From an uncultured Ectothiorhodospiraceae bacterium (GTDB taxonomy: Bacteria > Bacteroidota > Ignavibacteria > SZUA-365 > GCA-2699105): a stretch of DNA of 64,000 bases. The notes below the pieces were generated by a model. The model saw only the letters and a program-made list of their open reading frames with translations, was not told where the DNA came from and searched no databases. Below are positions 57,944-64,000 of this stretch, piece after piece. The stretch is taken from NCBI GenBank assembly GCA_964408855.1, contig CAYPBB010000004.1, positions 51,764 through 115,763 of the forward strand, in the 5' to 3' direction. Both the position numbers and the translations under genes were made by a program. Numbering within the stretch: the first letter of the stretch is position 1; each line of letters opens with the position of its first letter.

Positions 57944-59305
57944 TTAATCGGGGCGTTTAAGGCCGTATTTTTCGATTTTATTGTACAAGGTTACCCGGTC
58001 GATTCCGAGCCGGTCGGCGCTGCGGGTAATATTCCAATTCAGATCGTCGAGCGTTTTCATGATATGGAAGCGTTCCATGTCCGCAAGCGACTCGCTAGCG
58101 CTTTGGTTGCCTGCCGAGGAAAGCTGCATCGGAAGATGTTTCAACCGTATCGCTTCGTCGCCGCAAACGACCATGGCGCGTTCGATAGCGTTCTCCAACT
58201 CACGCACGTTGCCGGGCCATGGGTATCCAACCATCGACTCGATCGCTTCGGGAGTGATATTCCGGGACTGTTTATTCATTCTGGTTGCGTACTTTTTCAC
58301 GAAGTGCGCAGCGAGTATGGGAATGTCGCTCCTCCGGTCGCGCAGTGGGGGAACGTGAATCGCGAATACGTTAATTCTATAGTAGAGGTCTTCCCGAAAC
58401 GTACCTTCTTTCACCGCTTTTTCCAAGTCCATATTCGTCGCGCATACCAGTCTGAAGTCGACATGGATTTGTTTCTCGCCGCCGACTCGTTGAAACTGTT
58501 TGCTTTCCAGGACGCGCAGCAAATCGACTTGGGATTTCAGACTGAGCGTTCCGATTTCATCCAGAAACAGCGTTCCGCCGTTCGCCATCTCGAAGCTGCC
58601 TTTCCGGCGGTACTGCGCGCCGGTAAATGCGCCTTTCTCGTGACCAAACAGCTCGCTCTCGATAAGCGAATCAGCAAGGGCGCCGCAGTTCACCGGTATG
58701 ATCGGGAAATACTTCCGTTCGCTGTTCGAATGAATCGCTTTAGCGATCAGCTCTTTCCCGGTCCCGCTCTCGCCAAGAATCAGTACGGTAGAATCGGTGG
58801 GCGCAACCGTGCGTATCAACTCGAACACCGATTGCATTCCTGTGCTTTCGCCGATGAAATCCTCGACGTTGTGCAGCGTTTCAATCCGTTCCTTGAGCTG
58901 CACGTTTTCCTTTTTCAGCATCCGCTGATGCGCGGCGTTCCGAACCATCACCGTTAGCTCATCCGGATCCACCGGCTTCGTCACGTAATCGAAGGCGCCG
59001 GCTTTCAGCGCTCTGACAGCCGAATCCACCGCGGCGAATGCCGTGATGATGATGATGACAATCTCGCCGTCGAATTCCCTGATTCGGTCCTGCAGCGCAA
59101 GTCCGTCCATACCGGGCATCTTGATATCGAGAAGAATGATGTCGATCGTGGACTTCTGGATCAGATTCAGCGCGTCGGCGGCGTTTTCGGCAGTGCTGAC
59201 CTGATATCCTTCGTCGAGGAACCATTCGCAAAGCGACTCGCGAACGGATAGTTCGTCGTCGACGATAAGGATATGGATGGATGCGCGGTCGAGTGTTTGG
59301 TTCAT
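57944..59305 (-). CDS. sigma-54-dependent response regulator (NtrC/Fis family: REC + AAA+ sigma54-interaction + HTH)
   Basis: REC domain ([18 protein letters not shown]). Walker [15 protein letters not shown] sigma54-contact motif. C-terminal Fis-type HTH. Confidence 0.85.
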   Translation of the reverse strand: MNQTLDRASIHILIVDDELSVRESLCEWFLDEGYQVSTAENAADALNLIQKSTIDIILLDIKMPGMDGLALQDRIREFDGEIVIIIITAFAAVDSAVRALKAGAFDYVTKPVDPDELTVMVRNAAHQRMLKKENVQLKERIETLHNVEDFIGESTGMQSVFELIRTVAPTDSTVLILGESGTGKELIAKAIHSNSERKYFPIIPVNCGALADSLIESELFGHEKGAFTGAQYRRKGSFEMANGGTLFLDEIGTLSLKSQVDLLRVLESKQFQRVGGEKQIHVDFRLVCATNMDLEKAVKEGTFREDLYYRINVFAIHVPPLRDRRSDIPILAAHFVKKYATRMNKQSRNITPEAIESMVGYPWPGNVRELENAIERAMVVCGDEAIRLKHLPMQLSSAGNQSASESLADMERFHIMKTLDDLNWNITRSADRLGIDRVTLYNKIEKYGLKRPD

Positions 59306-59359
59306 ATTCGTACAGTTAAGAATGAATGCCAGAGCGTGAATATCTGTATTCGGATCGCA

Positions 59360-61090
59360 TTACGATCCCTCCTGTGGACCGTCGGCTGGGAGGAGGACAC
59401 GGAATGCCGTTCCTTTCCCCAATTCGCTCATTACTTTAATATCGCCTTTGTGCCGCTTGACGATGCCGTAGACGATAGAGAGACCGAGACCTGTGCCGTG
59501 TCCGACTTCTTTTGTCGTTACGAAAGGTTCGAACAAACGCGGCAGGAGCGTTTCATCGATACCGCTGCCGTTGTCCTTGACGGTGATCTCGGCGATGGAA
59601 TGTTGGATCTCCGCGCTGATGCGGATCGTCCCTCCGTCCTGCATCGCCTCGATGCTGTTGACAACAAGCGCGATGATCATTTGCTGTATCTGATTGGCGT
59701 CGCAGACAATGGTTGTCTCCTCGCTTCTGAAATCCTGCACCAGCCGCACCATCTGCATATCGGCTTTGTGTTGAATCAGCCGCACACATTTATCGATCGT
59801 ATCCCTCAAATCGGTTTTTGTATACGAGGCCGAGTCGCTTCTGGCGAAGAACAGGAGGTTCTTCACGATATCGCCGCAGCGCTTCGCTTCGTCGGCAATG
59901 AGCGTGGAATCCTTCATGATTTTTTCGATCATTTCGGGCGTAAGTTCCATTCGGGACATTCTGCTCCTGATCAGCCGCGCATACGTAAGTATACCCGAGA
60001 GGGGATTGTTCAACTCGTGCGCGATCATCGAACTCAACTGCCCGAGCGACGCCATTTTTTCGATATGGACGACCTGCGCCTGCACCTCCTGAAGTTCGCG
60101 CGTTTTTTCTTCCACTTTCTGTTCGAGCGTGTTGGACCATTCGACAAGCTCTGCCTTTGCCGCCTTGATATCCGACGCCATTTCGTTGAACGAACGGTTT
60201 AGCATCCCAAGCTCGTTCTTTGTATCGACCGCGAGCTTGTAATCGAGGTTGCCTGCGGAGATAGCCTTTGTTCCATCGATCAGTTTCTGAACGGGGCGGT
60301 GGACGAATGAAACAATGAAGAATCCTGCGACACTGCCGACCGCGAGAAGCGAAATGAGCGCGCTTATTATGAGCATGTTGCGGCTCTTGTCGGTGTATTC
60401 GTCGACCATTTCCATGGAAAGCTGCACATCGAGAACGCCGAGGATCGTTTGGTCGGGGGTATGAACATGACAGCTTTGGTAGCACTCGCGTTCGTTCTGA
60501 ATCGGATTGATCAGTCCGAGCACCCGGTGTCCCGAAGCGGCCTCGTATACGCGCAAATACTGATCGGTCTTGGTTTTATTAAATCCGTCGCCCGAGCCGT
60601 GGCACATGGTGCAGGCGTCGGCGTCGACATCGACCACGCGACCGATTTCCGTGCTATCGGAGCTATACCGGATTACTCCGGCTTTGTCGTACACCCGGAT
60701 GCGTTCGGTACCCTTGGTCTTTCCCAGATCCATGATAGTGAATGCAATGGATTCGATGTCGTTGTGCTGCATGCCATAGCGCAACGACCGCTTGGTCATT
60801 TCCGAAGTGCGCTCGGCGCAACCTTCAACGGCCTTCGAAAAGTACCGCATTTCGGAGGTAACATTATAATAGGTAGTAATGGACAGTACCAGTACCAGAG
60901 CCAGTACAAGGAGGATGATTATTTTGAAACTCAGCGACTGATACAGTTTCATCGTTCCGTCCATAATAAAGGACATTCCCGTCTGTAAAGTAGTAAAGAA
61001 AAGCGCCTTTTTCAAGGCGCTGTAAAAAAAATCAACAACATTATTGCATGCCGTAATAAATACGCTGAAAATCCCTATGTTTTTCGCCAC
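59360..61090 (-). CDS. sensor histidine kinase with periplasmic domain carrying c-type heme-binding motifs
   Basis: TM, roughly 170 aa periplasmic segment, second TM, HAMP-like linker, coiled coil, HisKA (H-box IAHELNNPL), HATPase (G-boxes). The periplasmic segment contains CTMCH (CxxCH) and CYQSCH (Cx3CH). True start may be an internal Met near 60952. 16-nt overlap with the upstream gene. Confidence 0.8.
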   Translation of the reverse strand: MAKNIGIFSVFITACNNVVDFFYSALKKALFFTTLQTGMSFIMDGTMKLYQSLSFKIIILLVLALVLVLSITTYYNVTSEMRYFSKAVEGCAERTSEMTKRSLRYGMQHNDIESIAFTIMDLGKTKGTERIRVYDKAGVIRYSSDSTEIGRVVDVDADACTMCHGSGDGFNKTKTDQYLRVYEAASGHRVLGLINPIQNERECYQSCHVHTPDQTILGVLDVQLSMEMVDEYTDKSRNMLIISALISLLAVGSVAGFFIVSFVHRPVQKLIDGTKAISAGNLDYKLAVDTKNELGMLNRSFNEMASDIKAAKAELVEWSNTLEQKVEEKTRELQEVQAQVVHIEKMASLGQLSSMIAHELNNPLSGILTYARLIRSRMSRMELTPEMIEKIMKDSTLIADEAKRCGDIVKNLLFFARSDSASYTKTDLRDTIDKCVRLIQHKADMQMVRLVQDFRSEETTIVCDANQIQQMIIALVVNSIEAMQDGGTIRISAEIQHSIAEITVKDNGSGIDETLLPRLFEPFVTTKEVGHGTGLGLSIVYGIVKRHKGDIKVMSELGKGTAFRVLLPADGPQEGS

Positions 61091-61866
61091 GCGTTGAGTT
61101 TTTCAACGATGAATTGTTGATACGAGTCATCGCCGAATGCCATTTCAAGGTCTTCGACCGGCTGACCTCCGTCGTTGAGACAGATCCCTGGAAGTGGAGG
61201 CTGAAGCAATGCCTGTGCCGCCGAATCCATGAACTCGGTCATCATTGATTGTATGTGGCGTTCTGCCTCGTCGACTGAAGCGAGCGGAGAGTGCTCTCCT
61301 GCGGTTTCGTCGCTTTTTATTACAGCCAGCCAGCCGCGCTCATATGGCGATGTGCGGATATCGTTCGTCACTTTCCCGAACGATCCATTGCGTCTTACGA
61401 TAGAACCCCGGAACGGCGATAATAATGGAACGGTACATCCGCCAAGGTAAATCCACCCGAATGGGTTTTCCATTTCGGTATCGCTTTCGGCTGCGAGCGT
61501 GATGATATCGGCATTCTTCGGGAGGATGCGCAGAAGATAGGCATCGATCCCGACGCGGAAATATCCGCCAGGAAGCTGCTGTACCCACAATTGACCGGGC
61601 GTGTAACGATACTCGGTATGCAAGGATACGGAGGAATACGGTTTCAGCAGCGTCGCCACTTCTTCGGGTATTTCGGCCGCGATAGGCACGCGTACCGAAC
61701 GAAGCATATCTTCCGCGCGTCCCGCCGCTCTCGGAAATTCGCGCTGCAGAACGCTGTCCAGCGGGCAGTGTTCGCAATCGAAGTTTCTGTCGCAGCGTTT
61801 GTAGGATAGCACGCCGGCATTCATCCATACGCAGCAGTCGTTGCATTTTTCAAATCTTACCAGCAT
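61075..61866 (-). CDS. GcvH-like (glycine-cleavage H fold) protein lacking the lipoyl-lysine, with N-terminal Cys-rich motif
   Basis: N-terminal C..CC...C..C..C cluster (CNDCCVWMNAGVLSYKRCDRNFDCEHCP). Central and C-terminal segments align to the GcvH pattern (VGIDAY...; SPYERGWLAVIKS), but no SVKA lipoylation motif. Confidence 0.45.
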   Translation of the reverse strand: MLVRFEKCNDCCVWMNAGVLSYKRCDRNFDCEHCPLDSVLQREFPRAAGRAEDMLRSVRVPIAAEIPEEVATLLKPYSSVSLHTEYRYTPGQLWVQQLPGGYFRVGIDAYLLRILPKNADIITLAAESDTEMENPFGWIYLGGCTVPLLSPFRGSIVRRNGSFGKVTNDIRTSPYERGWLAVIKSDETAGEHSPLASVDEAERHIQSMMTEFMDSAAQALLQPPLPGICLNDGGQPVEDLEMAFGDDSYQQFIVEKLNAWRKT

Positions 61867-61911
61867 TGTGTCCTCCCAGTAGTAGGTACTGGAATTATTG
61901 AGTTACGCATG

Positions 61912-63096
61912 TTATGCCTGTGCCGGTTCGGATTCCATCGCTCTCACGGATCCGATTTCGATGATGATTTCCTCGTCGGCATGTTCTTCCGGGAAGATGG
62001 GCAGGTATTGAACGGCTTTCGAGAAAATGAAGAAGCCGAATGTAACGATGCCTCCGGTGATCATGATTTCCTCGAACGAGGGGAAGTAGACGCCCCCATA
62101 GTACGAGTCGAGCGAGGTGGTGGTGACGTTGAGCCGGTTCGCGACAAATCCGAGCACGACCGATATAGAGATGAAGAACAACCCAAGACGGGTTCTGCGG
62201 AACTGCTTCATCGCATATAGCGCGACCGGGAGAACGACGAATAAACCAAGCTCGAGCAGCAGCATGTTGGATTCAAGCGTTCCGTTGAAGAGCGTGCCCA
62301 GCAGTCCTTTGCCGCCGAGATCGAGCAGGCGCATCGTGGTATAGACGAGCAACACGGCAATCATGATGCGCGCGAGATTGAATAACAGCGGCGTTTCGAG
62401 CGTGCGCTTGAATGCCCGCGAACTGAAGTACGATTCGACGATCGTCATTCCGATACCCACGGCAACAGCCGAGACGAAGAAGAACACCGGCAGCATCGGC
62501 GAGTACCAGAACGGATGCATCTTTTGCGGAATGATCAGGTACAGACTGCCCAGCGACGATTGATGAAGCATGGACAGCAGGATGCCCGCGATGACAAGCG
62601 GAATGGTGATTGCCTTGACGATCTTCAATGTCCGCGTGAGTTTAAAACGTTCCAGCACGACGGGACTGAATTCCAGCGCCAGCACCGTTGAATAGAGCAT
62701 CACGCACCATGCGACCTCGAACATAACGGAGTGGGGATTCCACATAATGATGGCATGCCAGATCGCCCAGGGACGTCCAAGATCGAACATCAATCCGGCA
62801 ATCACGAGCGTGTAACCGAGAAAGGCAGTCAGCACCGTAGGACGGACAATTGGTTTGAATTGCTTTATGTTGAAAATGTAGACGATGGCGCACAGTGTGA
62901 AGCCCCCGGCTGCGAGTCCTACACCGGTAACCACATCGAATCCGATCCACAAACCCCAGGGAGTGGCATCGGAAAGGTGGGTGGTGGCCCCCAGTCCGTA
63001 GACGAACCGCCGGAACGTCACGATCGCAGCGCCGACGATGAAAAACATACCGACAACGCGCCAGAAGGTAATCTTGGGAATAGCGAAACGTTTCAT
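61912..63096 (-). CDS. NrfD/PsrC-family integral membrane quinone-interacting subunit
   Basis: 394 aa, about 10 TM helices. N-terminal pattern (PWGLWIGFDVVTGVGLAAGGF) typical of NrfD/PsrC/HmcC-type subunits. Confidence 0.8.
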   Translation of the reverse strand: MKRFAIPKITFWRVVGMFFIVGAAIVTFRRFVYGLGATTHLSDATPWGLWIGFDVVTGVGLAAGGFTLCAIVYIFNIKQFKPIVRPTVLTAFLGYTLVIAGLMFDLGRPWAIWHAIIMWNPHSVMFEVAWCVMLYSTVLALEFSPVVLERFKLTRTLKIVKAITIPLVIAGILLSMLHQSSLGSLYLIIPQKMHPFWYSPMLPVFFFVSAVAVGIGMTIVESYFSSRAFKRTLETPLLFNLARIMIAVLLVYTTMRLLDLGGKGLLGTLFNGTLESNMLLLELGLFVVLPVALYAMKQFRRTRLGLFFISISVVLGFVANRLNVTTTSLDSYYGGVYFPSFEEIMITGGIVTFGFFIFSKAVQYLPIFPEEHADEEIIIEIGSVRAMESEPAQA

Positions 63097-63106
63097 GGCA
63101 TCCTCC

Positions 63107-63862
63107 TTAGCGCTTGGGGTTGTTACGTTGTTCGAGTTCGGCGTGTTGCCGTACTTCTTCGCGGCGGCTGGTGATCCAGTACACCGCCGAGAGCATCACT
63201 CCGGCAGTGGCGACGATGTTGGGAAGCTTCGAGAGGACATTCCATGTATGGTTCGGCAGCGCCTCCATACCGACCTTCGTTGCGAATCCCAATTGTTCGA
63301 ACGGCACGCTCGAGAGATAGAGGATCGAGGTCCCGCCGGCTTCGCCCTGTCCATAGACGCGCTTCACGTAGGTATCGGGCGAATCGTTGATGCGTTGCAG
63401 CGCCTCGGCGAGAAGTTCGTCGCGCTTGCCGAATTTCGTCGCCTCAGCCGGGCAGGCTTCGCTGCAGGCGGTCGGCAATCCCTTGCTCGTGCGCTCGTCG
63501 TAGCACATCGTGCATTTGCGGATGCGCGGCGAGTTGCTGGACCATTCGTACTTGGGAATTTCGAACGGACATGCAAGCATACAGTACCGGCAACCGAGAC
63601 ACTTATCGGCATCGTAGTTGACGGGTCCTTCCTTCGATTTGTATAGCGCGCCGACCGGGCACACGCTGGCGCATGCGGGCTGTGCGCAATGCTGGCACAT
63701 CCGGCGGATGTACAGGTCGTTTTTTTCTTCAATGAACGTAAAGTTGTTGGCGGTGAGCGCCTTGATTTCCTTTACCGGAAACTTGTGCGATTCCTGGCAT
63801 GCGGTTTGGCACGCACCGCAGCCGACGCACAGCGTCAGATCTATCAATAATCCGTACGGCAT
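63107..63862 (-). CDS. 4Fe-4S ferredoxin-type iron-sulfur subunit (NrfC/PsrB/HmcB-like), four [4Fe-4S] binding motifs
   Basis: Four Cys clusters: CVGCGACQTAC; CQHCAQPACASVCP; CLGCRYCMLACP; CTMCYD...CSEACP. Directly upstream of the NrfD-like gene. Confidence 0.85.
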   Translation of the reverse strand: MPYGLLIDLTLCVGCGACQTACQESHKFPVKEIKALTANNFTFIEEKNDLYIRRMCQHCAQPACASVCPVGALYKSKEGPVNYDADKCLGCRYCMLACPFEIPKYEWSSNSPRIRKCTMCYDERTSKGLPTACSEACPAEATKFGKRDELLAEALQRINDSPDTYVKRVYGQGEAGGTSILYLSSVPFEQLGFATKVGMEALPNHTWNVLSKLPNIVATAGVMLSAVYWITSRREEVRQHAELEQRNNPKR

Positions 63863-63916
63863 TGTCTGCTCCTTAGGTAACGGGTGAAAACACAGTGAAA
63901 CGGGTTGCCGGCGTGG

Positions 63917-64000
63917 TTAGCGTAGGAAATTCTGTTCGAATTCCTTCAGCGCCGCTTCGTCCAGCAGTTCCAGCGTGCCCGATACCGCCACGCCGCCGTC
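63917..64000 (-). CDS. 3' end of an upstream gene continuing beyond the window (unknown product)
   Basis: Open minus-strand frame ending ...LELLDEAALKEFEQNFLR with stop complement at 63917-63919. Only 28 codons visible. Confidence 0.3.
   Translation of the reverse strand, partial: DGGVAVSGTLELLDEAALKEFEQNFLR

Overview
This 64 kb window is bacterial chromosome at about 55-58% GC, with one low-GC insert near 24.5-26.8 kb. Three proteins (17685-20303, 28847-29692, 46753-48774) end in type IX secretion (T9SS) C-terminal sorting domains, and a hopanoid hpnCDE operon is present. Together these point to an FCB-group organism, possibly Ignavibacteria-like, but that is inference. The gene content runs as follows:

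- **1-4.7 kb:** nuoL (3' end), nuoM, nuoN, then an aldo/keto reductase.
- **4.7-10.9 kb:** a small Cys-rich protein, a vWA-domain lipoprotein, exported and membrane-anchored hypotheticals, and an enoyl-CoA hydratase.
- **11.1-17.6 kb:** a TetR-TolC-MFP-RND efflux operon.
- **17.7-24.0 kb:** a T9SS-secreted polysaccharide-lyase-like protein, then cmk-ispH-rpsA.
- **24.1-27.5 kb:** a GC-rich structured repeat region flanking a roughly 2.3 kb low-GC insert that carries a single 635-aa orphan protein with a C-terminal two-helix membrane anchor.
- **27.6-40.2 kb:** serC, a T9SS-secreted hypothetical, mtaB, a two-component pair, amt followed by a porin, an alkyltransferase-like (ATL) protein, a LysR regulator, and an M49-like peptidase.
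- **40.2-45.1 kb:** an RRM protein, the hopanoid hpnCDE operon (hpnE carries a 15-bp x7 in-frame tandem repeat), a YciI-like protein and msrA.
- **45.3-46.4 kb:** a frameshifted lipoprotein gene in a lower-GC patch.
- **46.7-64 kb:** a large minus-strand respiratory / extracellular-electron-transfer cluster. It holds a T9SS-sorted nonaheme cytochrome, a lipoprotein multiheme cytochrome, an 11-heme cytochrome, a beta-barrel porin candidate, a tetraheme cytochrome, a CbcL-like multiheme-c/cytochrome-b fusion, and an ImcH-like inner-membrane cytochrome. Upstream of these sit an archaemetzincin, a sigma54 response regulator, a sensor kinase with c-heme motifs in its periplasmic domain, a GcvH-like Cys-rich protein, an NrfD-like membrane subunit and a 4x[4Fe-4S] subunit.

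No rRNA, confident tRNA or CRISPR array was found. All functional calls rest on motif and architecture recognition by eye; no database search was run.
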